Assembly (NCBI GenBank): GCA_013151865.1
Contig: JAADHN010000141.1
Span: forward strand, 7,812 to 71,811
DNA: 64,000 nucleotides
Source of the DNA: Kiritimatiellota bacterium
GTDB taxonomy: Bacteria; Verrucomicrobiota; Lentisphaeria; Oligosphaerales; JAADHN01
Direction of reading: 5' to 3'
The notes beneath the pieces are model-generated. The model had not been told where the DNA came from. It did no database searches and saw only the letters and a program-made list of their open reading frames with translations. The number at the start of each line of letters is the position of its first letter. The first letter of the stretch is position 1. Shown in pieces: positions 1-10,177 of this stretch. The position numbers were made by a program, and so were the translations under genes.

Positions 1-1
1 C

Positions 2-1117
2 CGAGCGGGAAGTGGGACGACGGTTGTAGATATAACTGAACCCGTCGATACTGGTGACGAGGCGCCGGAGGGCGGGGTCCGCTCGCCCCGCCTGGACCCG
101 GGCCTGCTCCGCCTCGGTCAGGGGAATGAGCTTGACGTAGGCGACGCCCGCGGCCTGGCACTTGCTGCTGTCGCGTTGCGCGATACGGAGGGTCCGTCCG
201 GTGAGATCCGCGGTCTTGAAGAACACTTCTTCGATCGCCCCGGAAACGCGGGCGCGCGGCACGAATGCCGGATCATTGTCGAGGCGCAGCAGCACGCGTT
301 TCGTCAGGCCGGACGGGGCCGGGATGCCCACGAAAACCGCGTGCCAGCCTTTGACGCCGAGCGGCAGACTGATTTCCGGTGCACCGGTTTCCGGCGAAGC
401 CCAGACCATGGTCCCGTCGTGTCCGCCGCTCTCGTACGGGATCAACTTCCATTTGCCCTTGGTCGCGCGGCGGGCGAGGGCGGTCCGGGGTTCGACCCGA
501 CTCATGTCCCGCAGCACGACGGCGTCCGCGCTCCGCGCCCATTCGATGGCGGCAAAGCCGCCGTCGGCCTCCGCAGGGCGCAAAGAGATGTCGTCGAACT
601 CCAGCGCGCCGGAACGGAATTTGCCCGCCACAGTGACCCAAATCTGATCGATGGGATACTCGGTGCGCGGCGTCAGGAGCAGGGCAAAACGACGCCAGTC
701 GTACGTGCCGGACGGGATGTCGACCCAAGTCTGCGTGGCTTCGGCATACGGGCGATCCTTGTAGAGGATGTGAAAGTAGAACCGGGCGAAGTCTCGTTCC
801 CCGGGCGCCTCGGTCACGCCGTTGGCCCGGAACCAACCGGTGGCGCGGTAGAGTCGGGTGGACGGCGCCGCAATCGTCTGCCGCCAGCAGTACTGTTTAC
901 CGTCACCGGGGATGCGGCCCGAGCGCCGCCCGTTCCGTGGCGCTTCCGTGGTCGTGAGCGCCGCGGCGAAACCGGACGCTTTGGTCCAGTGGAGCGGGAC
1001 CCCGTGCTCGTCAGATGCTTCGAACCCACCGTTTCGCACGAGATTGGGGGCGTTCGCGGCAAATACGGAGGCTCCCAGGAGGCATGACGCCAGAAAGCAA
1101 CGAGTCTCCATGCGCAT
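2..1117 (-). CDS. Secreted carbohydrate-binding / putative glycoside hydrolase (N-terminal part; runs off the window edge)
   Basis: Read by hand (not in the ORF track because it has no stop in the window). GGAGG RBS, ATG at 1117, MRMETRCFLASCLLGASVFAANAPNLVRNGGFE (signal peptide plus CBM4/9-like NLVxNGGFE ... FDDISL); frame open to the window edge. Confidence 0.7.
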   Translation of the reverse strand, partial: MRMETRCFLASCLLGASVFAANAPNLVRNGGFEASDEHGVPLHWTKASGFAAALTTTEAPRNGRRSGRIPGDGKQYCWRQTIAAPSTRLYRATGWFRANGVTEAPGERDFARFYFHILYKDRPYAEATQTWVDIPSGTYDWRRFALLLTPRTEYPIDQIWVTVAGKFRSGALEFDDISLRPAEADGGFAAIEWARSADAVVLRDMSRVEPRTALARRATKGKWKLIPYESGGHDGTMVWASPETGAPEISLPLGVKGWHAVFVGIPAPSGLTKRVLLRLDNDPAFVPRARVSGAIEEVFFKTADLTGRTLRIAQRDSSKCQAAGVAYVKLIPLTEAEQARVQAGRADPALRRLVTSIDGFSYIYNRRPTSRS

Positions 1118-1244
1118 ATCCTCCGCACGAGTCGACGAATCGGCGCAGCACCCGCTCTATCTTGGGCGCTCCCCGAGAGAGAAACCCTTTCGAAAAACCG
1201 CCGTGGCGCCGGCGTATTTCTTCCCCGAGGTCGGCAAACCGGCT

Positions 1245-2798
1245 TTACTCGGCCGCAGTTTTCCCGAACGAAACGTTGTGCACGTACTGGCCGAGGCGCA
1301 CCCCGGCGGCCTTTGCGGTCGGCAACAGGCGGCCGTTGAGTCGGATGTTTTCGAACCGGACGCCGTCCACCGTGTGCTCGGCATCCCAGCCCTGGAGCGA
1401 AGAGGGCGGCATGCGCGGGGCCGTCACCGCGATATTCCGGAAAACCACGTTCCGCACATTGCCCCGTTCGGGGTCTTTCGAATAGGAATTGCCGCGGATA
1501 ACGATGACTGCCAGTTGCGGCAGGTACGCTTCGTGCGGGTCGGCTCGGTAGTGTTCGCCCCGCTTCCGCTGCATCTTCGGGCGCGGCGCGGCATCATCCA
1601 TTTCGACCCGGATGTCCTGGAACACGACATTGCGGATCGTGGCGCGGTCGCCGTGCTGGATGTCCATGGCGATGTGCGTGGCCCGCACGATATCGCAGTC
1701 CTGGAACCGGATGTCCGCGAATTCCGGCGCACAGGTCTCGGCCCCGATCTCGAGGTTGCGGCCCCAGTCGCACCACAGAGTGCAGCCGGTTACGAGGATG
1801 TCCCGCACGGGGCGGCCGTCGTACCCGCCTTTCCATTTCAGGCCTTTGAGCACGATCGCGTCGTCGTACGAGCGCACGAAGCAGTCGCGGACCGTGACGT
1901 TTTGGCTGTTGCAGATGTCGATGCCATCGGCGTTGTAGCGCCACAGCCCGATCAATTTGACGTTGGAGATGGTTGCGTCCCGGCAGCCGAACAGGCTGCA
2001 GCACCAGACGTCCGGGTCGCGCATGATAATGCCGTTGATCGCGATGTTGCGGCAGTCCGTGAACCGGATGGCGCCGCCGCCCTTGCCGCGCGGGTAGGGG
2101 CCGACATCGAGAATGCCGCGGCCTCGGACCTGGATGTTGTTGGCCTTGGCGGCGTGGATGCTGCCGTATACCACGGCCCCGGCGGCGATATAGACACCCT
2201 CGTTATCTTTGAGGACGATTCGTCCGGGTTTGTGGACGCCCGGACCGAAATAGCGGAGGCCGGGGGTGTCCGGGGTCGGAACGTCGGTCTCAGGAGGACT
2301 GGGGAAGAGATGCAGGGCGTGGTGTGGGCCGTTCACCTGGACGATCACGGGCCGGGGCCGCTTCAGTTCGAACGTGATCCGGTCGTCCCGGGTTTTCGGT
2401 CGAATCCCCAGGGAGTACGGCCGCACCGTGACCGATTCGATCTTGCGCATCGAGCGGACCTCGACGCGCACCGGTCCGGTCATGTCCCAGTACGCGAGCC
2501 CTGCCGTCTCCGTTTGGTCCAGCGGGCGCTGATAGCCGGGCCATACCTGGTTGAACGGCACGGCCGAGACGCGGCATGCGTACACCGGCACGGGAATGCC
2601 GTTGACCTCGACTCGGTAATCCTCGGAGAGTTTTTCGCCGGCCGGTGCGGGCGCCACGGTCACCGTCCCTTGGGGCGCCCGGTCGGGGGCGCTCGATCCC
2701 GGAGTACGCATCGTTTCATCTCCCCCTGATTGACACCCGACCAGCCAGACGGTCAGCAAACTCCCGGCAATGTTTTGTTTCGCTCCCGACAGTTGCAT
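1245..2798 (-). CDS. Lipoprotein, GH28-like / pectin-lyase-fold beta-helix polysaccharidase
   Basis: ATG 2798 after GAGGGGA; lipobox LVGC; motifs RGRGILD, NADGIDI, SYDDAIVLK typical of GH28-type beta-helix enzymes. Confidence 0.75.
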   Translation of the reverse strand: MQLSGAKQNIAGSLLTVWLVGCQSGGDETMRTPGSSAPDRAPQGTVTVAPAPAGEKLSEDYRVEVNGIPVPVYACRVSAVPFNQVWPGYQRPLDQTETAGLAYWDMTGPVRVEVRSMRKIESVTVRPYSLGIRPKTRDDRITFELKRPRPVIVQVNGPHHALHLFPSPPETDVPTPDTPGLRYFGPGVHKPGRIVLKDNEGVYIAAGAVVYGSIHAAKANNIQVRGRGILDVGPYPRGKGGGAIRFTDCRNIAINGIIMRDPDVWCCSLFGCRDATISNVKLIGLWRYNADGIDICNSQNVTVRDCFVRSYDDAIVLKGLKWKGGYDGRPVRDILVTGCTLWCDWGRNLEIGAETCAPEFADIRFQDCDIVRATHIAMDIQHGDRATIRNVVFQDIRVEMDDAAPRPKMQRKRGEHYRADPHEAYLPQLAVIVIRGNSYSKDPERGNVRNVVFRNIAVTAPRMPPSSLQGWDAEHTVDGVRFENIRLNGRLLPTAKAAGVRLGQYVHNVSFGKTAAE

Positions 2799-2978
2799 TG
2801 AAATCCCCTCGTTGGTGAGAATCGGCCAGGCTGGGCAATCCTGCGGAATGTCGCCGAATTGCTCGGATGGGTCTTGCGGAGGCCGGGCGTTCGCCCGCGC
2901 TCCGGATTGTTTCGAGACGGGCAATCCATCCGATCATCAGTAACTTACCGCGGGGAAGCGCATTCTCCCACGGCGGTG

Positions 2979-3035
2979 TGTCAAAGTGGAAACGGCGTCC
3001 CGCCGTTTTGCGGACTGCGCAGCGGGACACCGCGT
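2979..3035. repeat. 57-bp palindromic REP-like repeat, copy 1
   Basis: tgtcaaagtggaaacggcgtcccgccgttttgcggactgcgcagcgggacaccgcgt; 54/57 identical to 4572-4628; internal imperfect inverted repeat cggcgtcccgccg/cagcgggacaccg. Confidence 0.85.
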
Positions 3036-3124
3036 CCAGTTCATCGGCGTGTCCATTCGCGGTTCGCGTCAGTCCCTGCGTCCATGCCGATGGGAGCATC
3101 GGCGGTCCCGGGATGGCGCCGGAC

Positions 3125-4297
3125 TCAGTACTCCAAGCCCAACAGCCACATAGGCAGTGTATTCCCCGCGGGGAGGTCGATATTGTCCCGGACGACGACG
3201 TCGGCGGCTTTCCGATCCTTGCGCCGGCCGCCGACTTCCACCGCCTTCCCGTCGATCAGGAAATCATACGCCCGTTCATCATCCGAAGCGTGCAGGGAAT
3301 GTCCGGATTCGACCGAGGCCGCGGCGACGTATGCTTCGCGCACTGTGCCCCGGTTCTCACCGAAGAGCGCATAGACCGACGGGTCATGCAACAGGATCTT
3401 CGCGCCGACGGAATGCATCTTGGTATCATTCCGCTTCCGCACGATACGAATCAGGCGGACTCGTTCCATGGCCTCCAGTAATTGATAGAGTTTTTCCTTG
3501 CTGAGGGCCCATTCCGAACAGAGGGAGTTCACCTGGAGCACCGGCACCGGAGAGATGGCCAGATACCCCACGACGGCGTTCATCAACCGCAAATGGTTCT
3601 CGGACAGTCGCGGGACAAGAAATGGAACGTCGGATTCGATAGACTTCCGCACCGTGTTCAGTAGTCGAGCCGCATAATCGTCGCGCGTTTCCAGAAAAAA
3701 AGGGCGGAACCCGAAGCGCAAGTAATCGTTGAAGTGCCGCAATACGTTGACTTCTCGAAGGAGTTTTCCGATCTCATCTTCGTCGAATGAATACGGGCTG
3801 ATCTTGGGCACATCTCGTTGGCATTCCAATATCAAGTATTCACGAAACGACAGCAGTGGCATCTGACGGACTACAAAACGTCTGGACAGGTCCGCATTTC
3901 CCAATTGCAGCCCGGCGGAGCTGGAACCGCCGGCCACGACGAATCGGGAGGGAAACGAGTCGTAAATGGCTTTGAGATGAACCGACCAGCCCGCGGCATA
4001 GTGGACTTCATCGACGAAAACCCCCTCGTAGCCTTGCATGAACGCGGCCTCGACAAGATCGAACAGGGGCACGGCAGACACGATCGGGTTGTCCGCGGAA
4101 AAGTAAAGGTAATGGCCTTGCCTGGCCTGCGTGAGCATCCACGTGGTCTTCCCGGTGCCGCGCGGCCCGGTGAGGAGAATGCCGCGACTGTCCAGGTTCA
4201 AGTTTGCACTCCAGTCCCGCAATTGTGACGGGAGGTGCACGGCGAGTCGTGCCTGGATTGGCTTGATCCTGTCGAGGGTGTCACGCAACACAGTCAT
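3125..4297 (-). CDS. AAA+ ATPase (AAA_14 / DUF4143-like)
   Basis: GGAGG RBS, ATG 4297; Walker A GPRGTGKT, Walker B VFVDEVH, GGSSS, LSRR..MPLLSFREYL; C-terminal DFLIDG..EVGG. Confidence 0.85.
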   Translation of the reverse strand: MTVLRDTLDRIKPIQARLAVHLPSQLRDWSANLNLDSRGILLTGPRGTGKTTWMLTQARQGHYLYFSADNPIVSAVPLFDLVEAAFMQGYEGVFVDEVHYAAGWSVHLKAIYDSFPSRFVVAGGSSSAGLQLGNADLSRRFVVRQMPLLSFREYLILECQRDVPKISPYSFDEDEIGKLLREVNVLRHFNDYLRFGFRPFFLETRDDYAARLLNTVRKSIESDVPFLVPRLSENHLRLMNAVVGYLAISPVPVLQVNSLCSEWALSKEKLYQLLEAMERVRLIRIVRKRNDTKMHSVGAKILLHDPSVYALFGENRGTVREAYVAAASVESGHSLHASDDERAYDFLIDGKAVEVGGRRKDRKAADVVVRDNIDLPAGNTLPMWLLGLEY

Positions 4298-4344
4298 AGA
4301 TCGGACCTCCACAAGAACCGCAGCAAGCAATTACGGTCGATGCG

Positions 4345-4373
4345 CAGAACCAATATACATCAATATGGTTCTG
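4345..4373 (-). promoter_or_regulatory. Palindromic operator overlapping the putative promoter of the AAA ATPase
   Basis: cagaacca-N13-tggttctg. On the minus strand, TTGTAC-N16-TATATT (with TG before the -10) overlaps it. Confidence 0.4.
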
Positions 4374-4571
4374 GTACAAGACCGTTTCGCCTTGTTTTGC
4401 ATGCACGACGAAAACGAGGCTACAGCCATGCCGTCTGCTGTGCGGGCTCACCGGCAGAATCTCCCGTGTTCCTCCGCCCGTCCGCGTCAATCGGTTTTCA
4501 TCCGTTGTTTCATTGAAAACAGGGGGCGCTCCCAGGGGAGGACGTCTTGCGCGGAAGGTGGCGCACGAGGA

Positions 4572-4628
4572 TGTCAAAGCAGAAACGGCGTCCCGCCGTT
4601 TTGCGGACTGCGCGGCGGGACACCGCGT
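4572..4628. repeat. 57-bp palindromic REP-like repeat, copy 2
   Basis: tgtcaaagcagaaacggcgtcccgccgttttgcggactgcgcggcgggacaccgcgt; same orientation as copy 1. Confidence 0.85.
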
Positions 4629-4763
4629 GTACTGCGGACTCAGTCGCCGCTCCACTGGGACGAACCCGAGGGGAGCGGGACCGACTGCAATCATCGCTCC
4701 TTCACGGGCGGCCTCTCTGTCTCTCAAGTCCGAGACAGTCTGCAATGGGTCTTCGTCGGTGTT

Positions 4764-7184
4764 TCACTCGACTACGATCTCGCTCAGCAGAGTCCAGCCG
4801 CGGCTGGGGCGGACGTTCAGGCGCAGCCAGCGGACCGTCGCGGGCGCGTCCGGTGCGAGACGATAACTCACCGGGACGATCTTTCTCTGGCCGTTACCGT
4901 CCGAGGCCGGCCGGCGGCGCATGGCGTCCAAGCGCCGCCAGTCGATTCGGTCGGTCGAGCCTTCGCACACGACTTCGACCGGTGCGTGGATGCCGTATTG
5001 GCCCCCGCCCAAGCTCCAGACCGTCGCCTTTCGAATCGGCCGTGCGATTCCCAGATCGATCGTAATGGTCCGCGGGGCCGCGTCGTACCAGCCGGTCAAA
5101 CTGCGTGGCGAGAATCGTCGTGCGATCAGACCGTCCGTCAACCGTTCGCCGTCGTCTGCGTAGCGTTCTTTGCCGTCGGGGGTCGGGGCCGGACGAAACG
5201 TGTAGCTCGCCGACGGGGCGATGTTCCTCCCGTCGGCGTAGATTCGGACTTCCGAGACCATCAGCCAGCCGACGGCCCGGAGAAACACGGTTGCGAACTT
5301 CGCAGAGACCGAAGTTGCGGGTACAAACACGACGCGTCCCGTCGCGGCATCGTCCCCGTGTGTTCGCTCGATCCGTACCGGGCTGCCCTCGACAGTCCGT
5401 GCATTCCGAGGCGGCGGGCCGGTGCCCGCACGTCGGGGCGGCCGGCGCAGGTTCTGCTCGAGCAGGAGGAGCGGGGCTGCGGGCCAGCGGATTCCGGCAT
5501 ACCCGCCGCCCTCGAGCACGACTTCGACACGTTGGATGCGGGCGGGGCGGTCGAGTTCGAACGTGATCGCCACGTCCCGGCCGTGCCAACCGACGGTCTT
5601 TCCCGATGCGTAGCCGTCTTCGGGCACGATGCCGTCGGTCAACTCCCGTCCGGAGTCCCCGTACATTGTCGGAAACGGCGGATCGATTCGGTAGGGGCGT
5701 CCGCGGGCGAGATGGTCTACCACTCTGCCATCGCTCGGTGCAGCGTCGATGCGGAGTTCGCAGACTCCGTTACGCGGTGCAACGGGTGTTGTTCCATCGC
5801 CGGTCAGGAACCGCAGGCGCAAGGCGGAGACTTTTTCGCGAACGGGAACGGTCGTCAAGTTCCAGTCAGCACCGGGGGCACGACTCGATCCGAAAGCCCA
5901 GCCCGCCGTTCGCCAGGGCTCTCCGGGGTCGTCCCGCACATCCACAACGGTCTGCCCGGACCAAGGCGGAACATTCTTGCCGGCAATCGGGAACGCCGCG
6001 TCCACTGCGTTCACCCACTGTGCGGTCGGGAACTCCGCAACTGCCTTGGAAACGGCCTTTCGGGGGACTGCCCAGTTGCCGTCAGCGAGTGCGGGAGCCG
6101 GCGCCTCGTCCACGCGCCACTCCGGGCGCGGGTCGGGGTCCGGGACCGGGTCGCCTCGGACGAACCGGGCCATGGCACGGACCATCTGCTGTTGCCAGGC
6201 GCGGTCCGAGCGAGACAGGCGTTCCAGGTTGTCTCGGCCCAGGTACCAAGCCGTGACGCCCGCTTGATATCCGTAACGGTCGGGTGCGCCGTCGGCCAGG
6301 TAACGCAGAAAATAGAAACGGGCCCGGGGATCGTCCGCCGCCATGGGCAATTCCAGCTCGATGCCCATTCCTTGCGTTGCAGCCAATTGCGCGGCGAACG
6401 CCAGTCGGTCCCGGCGCACTTCGCCCTGGTGTTTCGAAAAAAACGCATAGTTGGGCTGGAGCACTGCGGCGTCGAAACCGAGTTTCCGCCAGTTCTCCCA
6501 TCCCCGTGCCCGAAACCAGGGAATCCAGAGAAATCGGCGAGCAACGGAGTGTATCTCGGCGGCCGCGGTTCGTACAAGCGGTTCGTCCGTCGCCGGGACC
6601 GTTTCGTGAATCCAGTAGAAGCCCCACAGGGTAAGATGCCGGAAGCGTGCGGTGCGGAACCGATGCACTGCTTCGCGGACGTACCAACGCAGGACGTTGG
6701 GGATTCCGTTCGCTGTGCCCAGGTCCTCGGAATGCCCGGAGCCGGTCACGTCTCCAAAATCGGCAACGGTCCGATTGGGGCGCGGGATCCCCAAAATGAT
6801 TCGCCGCGGAGACGGCGGCGGGCCGAGGGTCCTGGCGGCAACGTCCACGGCGTCGTCGAGCGCGGCCAGGTCCCTGCCCGGAGCGAACCAGCGCTGCAGC
6901 AGCCAATCCCAGTCGTCCTTCGTCGTGGCCCCCGTCGTGGTCAACCGCCCCGCGGGCGTGCGGAGTGCCAGGAACAGAAACGCGTCGAACATCCAGCGTT
7001 GGGGCCGACCGCCGGCCATGTCCGCGACGTACGGCGCCAAGTCTCGGCTCGAACGCCGGGGTTTGTCGTACACCAGGACGCAGTGGTGGAAGCCGACCTG
7101 CTCCGGAGACGGATACCCGGCGGTCGCCGCCATGGCAACGGCGAACAAGCCTGCCCCAAGCCACTTGGTCCATGCTTTTTTCAC
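4764..7184 (-). CDS. Secreted DUF4855-domain protein with C-terminal F5/8-like (discoidin) domains
   Basis: Signal peptide; FDAFLFL, GFYWIHE, WIPWFRARGWENWRKLGFDAAVLQPNY, GMGIELE motifs; repeated ELTDG/RLTDG..GW..ITxxL..SE modules. Confidence 0.8.
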   Translation of the reverse strand: MKKAWTKWLGAGLFAVAMAATAGYPSPEQVGFHHCVLVYDKPRRSSRDLAPYVADMAGGRPQRWMFDAFLFLALRTPAGRLTTTGATTKDDWDWLLQRWFAPGRDLAALDDAVDVAARTLGPPPSPRRIILGIPRPNRTVADFGDVTGSGHSEDLGTANGIPNVLRWYVREAVHRFRTARFRHLTLWGFYWIHETVPATDEPLVRTAAAEIHSVARRFLWIPWFRARGWENWRKLGFDAAVLQPNYAFFSKHQGEVRRDRLAFAAQLAATQGMGIELELPMAADDPRARFYFLRYLADGAPDRYGYQAGVTAWYLGRDNLERLSRSDRAWQQQMVRAMARFVRGDPVPDPDPRPEWRVDEAPAPALADGNWAVPRKAVSKAVAEFPTAQWVNAVDAAFPIAGKNVPPWSGQTVVDVRDDPGEPWRTAGWAFGSSRAPGADWNLTTVPVREKVSALRLRFLTGDGTTPVAPRNGVCELRIDAAPSDGRVVDHLARGRPYRIDPPFPTMYGDSGRELTDGIVPEDGYASGKTVGWHGRDVAITFELDRPARIQRVEVVLEGGGYAGIRWPAAPLLLLEQNLRRPPRRAGTGPPPRNARTVEGSPVRIERTHGDDAATGRVVFVPATSVSAKFATVFLRAVGWLMVSEVRIYADGRNIAPSASYTFRPAPTPDGKERYADDGERLTDGLIARRFSPRSLTGWYDAAPRTITIDLGIARPIRKATVWSLGGGQYGIHAPVEVVCEGSTDRIDWRRLDAMRRRPASDGNGQRKIVPVSYRLAPDAPATVRWLRLNVRPSRGWTLLSEIVVE

Positions 7185-7453
7185 ACATTCTCCCCATAAT
7201 CAGGAAGGCATCCAAGAACGGTTGACCCAATTGTGGTTGGGGCGCCTGCCATGATCAGGATCATCCACAAATTACCGCCGAGGGTCCGCCTCCGCCAAGG
7301 CGGCGGACTCGATACCTGTTCCGACGGTCGCCAGAGACGAGACCGTGCGAAATCCTCGCGTGCCACTTGCACACACGAACCGGGCTTGTACCATAGGCCG
7401 TAGGACCGGCGTGTCGAGAGTTTCCCGTGCGGACCCGTAACGGAGATCCTCGG

Positions 7454-10048
7454 ATGAGTTCCCTATTCCTGCATCAGGATTGGCCCGTGTTGCGTTCGTA
7501 TGGGCCGCGACGCCTGAGTCGGATTGCTCTGCCCCTCGGCGGGATCGGCACCGGCACCGTCTCTCTGGGCGGGCGAGGCGACCTACGCGACTGGGAGCTG
7601 GCGAATCGTCCGGCCAAGGGGTTCGCCCCCACCCGCTGTTTCTTCATGCTCTACGCCCGGCCCGACCAAGCTTCACCGGTGACGCGCGTGCTCGAAGGGC
7701 CGGTCCCCGTCGAGCAGTACGAAGGCGCCGTCGGCGCCGTCGCTCCCAATCACGGCCTGCCCCGCTTTCGCACCGCGACGTTTCATGCCGCCTATCCGTT
7801 TGGTCAGGTTGTTCTCGAAGATGCCGTCGTCCCGCTCGATGTCCGCCTGGAAGCCTTCAACCCGTTGATTCCGGGCGACCCGGACCGGAGCGGCATTCCC
7901 GCGGCAATCCTTCGGTTCGTTCTGCGCAATCCGAGCCGTGTTCCGGTGGAAGCCGCCGTTGCCGGCGCCATCCGCAACTTCATCGGCACGGACGGCAAGA
8001 GCGGACAGCCCAACCGGAACCGGAACGAGTTTCGCACGGGAGAACCCAAGGCGGGGATTGCCGGGCTTTTTCTCTATTCCGAAGGCGTACCGGCCGCCGC
8101 GGAACAATGGGGGACCATAGCCCTGTCCCTGCTCTGCGCACCGGATATCGAGATCAGCTCGCGACCGATGTGGCACGAAATCGGTTGGGGCCGGGAATTG
8201 CTGGATTTGTGGGAGGATTTTGCCGAGGACGGCGCCGTGGCCGATCCGAAGGGAACGGCCGTCGCAGGCGCCGCATCCCCGCCGGACAACGTCGCACCGT
8301 GCGGCGCCCTGGCCGGGCGCACCGTGGTCCGGCCGGGCGAGACTCGTGCTTTGACGTTTCTGGCGACCTGGCACTTTCCCAATCGCCGGACGTGGACCCC
8401 GCAAAAGACGAGCACGGTCTCCTGCAATTGTGGTGATTGCAAGAAAGATCCCGATTGCATCGGCAACTACTACACCACGCAATACCGGGACGCCTGGGAC
8501 GTGGCGGAAAGGACCGCCGCCGCCCTTCCGGAACTGGAGGCGGCGACCTCGGCCTTTGTCCGCGCCTTCTGCGAATCCGACCTGCCTGAGGTCGTCAAAG
8601 AGGCGGCCTTGTTCAATCTCAGCACGCTGCGGACGCAAACCTGTTTCCGCACGGCCGACGGGCGTTTTTATGGATGGGAAGGCTGCCACGACCACGACGG
8701 CTGCTGCCCCGGTTCCTGCACGCATGTATGGAATTACGAGCAGGCCACCGCCTTTCTCTTTCCCAGCCTGGCCCGCAGCATGCGTGAAGTCGAGTTCCGG
8801 CACGCCACGGCCGACACGGGCCACATGAATTTCCGTGTGTCCCTGCCCCTGGACCGCGCAAAGCAGCGCGGCTTGGCCGCGGCCGACGGCCAGATGGGCT
8901 GCATCATGAAACTCTATCGCGATTGGCAACTCTCGGGAGACGGCACTTTTCTGCGCGACCTGTGGCCCAACGCGCGTCGCGCGCTGGAGTTCTGCTGGGT
9001 TCCCGGGGGTTGGGACGCGGATGCCGACGGGGTGATGGAGGGATGCCAGCACAATACCATGGACGTCGAGTATTACGGCCCCAACCCGCAAATGCAGGGA
9101 TGGTACCTTGGCGCGCTTCGGGCCGCGGAGGAAATGGCGCGGCACGTGGGCGACGCGGAGTTCGCACGGCGCTGCCGTGATCTGTTCGAACGCGGCAGTC
9201 GTTGGATGGACGAACACCTCTTCAACGGCCGGTATTACGAGCACCGGGTCCGGCCCATTGCCGACCCGGCGGACATTGCCCCCGGACTGCGCAGCAGCAT
9301 GGGGGCCTCCGATTCGGCGCACCCGGACTTCCAGCTCGGGACGGGCTGTCTCGTGGATCAACTGGTCGGGCAGTATACCGCGCACGTCTGCGGTCTCGGC
9401 TATCTCCACGATCCCGGGCACGTGCGCACGACCCTTCGCAGCATTCTGCGGTACAACTGGCGGAGGCGTTTGGGCGACCACATGAATCCCATGCGGAGTT
9501 TCGCGCTCGACGGAGAGTCCGGCCTCCTTATGGCGTCGTACCCTCGGGGAGATCGCCCGAAGTTTCCGTTTCCGTATTTCGCCGAGGTCATGACCGGGTT
9601 CGAGTACACCGCTGCGGTAGGCATGATTTTCGAAGCCATGGAACGTCCGGCCCTGCGCTGTATCCGGGCCGTTCGCGCCCGGTACGACGGGCGCAAGCGG
9701 AACCCGTTCGACGAGGCGGAGTGCGGTCACCACTACGCTCGGGCCATGGCTTCCTGGGCGGCGGTGGTCGCCTGGACGGGGTTTCGGTATTCCGCCGTGC
9801 AAGGGGCCCTCACGTTTGCGCCTCGGGTCGGTCGATGGTTTTGGGCCGGCGGCGGGGCTTGGGGCACGTGCGAAATCCGCGAAGCCCCCAGAGGTTTCCG
9901 GGTGGACCTGCAGGTGCTCGGGGGCCGTCTGCCTGTGAAGCGTCTCGCACTCCGTGGAGTGGGCGACGCGCTTCTCCAACGCCGGCGCACGTTCGGCCCC
10001 GGACAATCCCTGACACGTCTCGTTTGTGCGCCCGGGCAGCACTCGTGA
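7454..10048 (+). CDS. GH116 family glycoside hydrolase (GBA2-like beta-glucosidase)
   Basis: LPLGGIGTGTVSLGGRGDLRDWE, GWEGC..GCCPGSCTHVWNY, AADGQMG, EGCQHNTMDVE, EVMTGFEY, EAECGHHYARAMASW. Confidence 0.9.
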   Translation: MSSLFLHQDWPVLRSYGPRRLSRIALPLGGIGTGTVSLGGRGDLRDWELANRPAKGFAPTRCFFMLYARPDQASPVTRVLEGPVPVEQYEGAVGAVAPNHGLPRFRTATFHAAYPFGQVVLEDAVVPLDVRLEAFNPLIPGDPDRSGIPAAILRFVLRNPSRVPVEAAVAGAIRNFIGTDGKSGQPNRNRNEFRTGEPKAGIAGLFLYSEGVPAAAEQWGTIALSLLCAPDIEISSRPMWHEIGWGRELLDLWEDFAEDGAVADPKGTAVAGAASPPDNVAPCGALAGRTVVRPGETRALTFLATWHFPNRRTWTPQKTSTVSCNCGDCKKDPDCIGNYYTTQYRDAWDVAERTAAALPELEAATSAFVRAFCESDLPEVVKEAALFNLSTLRTQTCFRTADGRFYGWEGCHDHDGCCPGSCTHVWNYEQATAFLFPSLARSMREVEFRHATADTGHMNFRVSLPLDRAKQRGLAAADGQMGCIMKLYRDWQLSGDGTFLRDLWPNARRALEFCWVPGGWDADADGVMEGCQHNTMDVEYYGPNPQMQGWYLGALRAAEEMARHVGDAEFARRCRDLFERGSRWMDEHLFNGRYYEHRVRPIADPADIAPGLRSSMGASDSAHPDFQLGTGCLVDQLVGQYTAHVCGLGYLHDPGHVRTTLRSILRYNWRRRLGDHMNPMRSFALDGESGLLMASYPRGDRPKFPFPYFAEVMTGFEYTAAVGMIFEAMERPALRCIRAVRARYDGRKRNPFDEAECGHHYARAMASWAAVVAWTGFRYSAVQGALTFAPRVGRWFWAGGGAWGTCEIREAPRGFRVDLQVLGGRLPVKRLALRGVGDALLQRRRTFGPGQSLTRLVCAPGQHS

Positions 10049-10177
10049 GAGCCGTTCCCCGCATCTCCGCCCAACGGGTGCCGGTGCGGATGCGAGGTGC
10101 GACGTTTGCCGCACCTCGTGGGGAGCGGTCGCCGTGGCTCCGCACGCGACCGTTCGGGCACTCGATCCTCTTGACAC

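Noticed and set aside
4484-4512. Short gcgtcaatcggttttcatccgttg motif resembling dispersed intergenic repeats
   Set aside because: Only one copy is visible in this window, so it cannot be supported.
4131-7199. 1022-aa plus-strand ORF and similar long antisense ORFs (14497-17472, 27648-30851, 24284-26380, 49290-51275, 62183-63847)
   Set aside because: Shadow frames opposite well-supported genes; expected in high-GC DNA, with no recognisable motifs.
8420-8460. Cys-rich segment SCNCGDCKKDPDC in GH116
   Set aside because: Looks like a variable loop; no evidence for a separate function.
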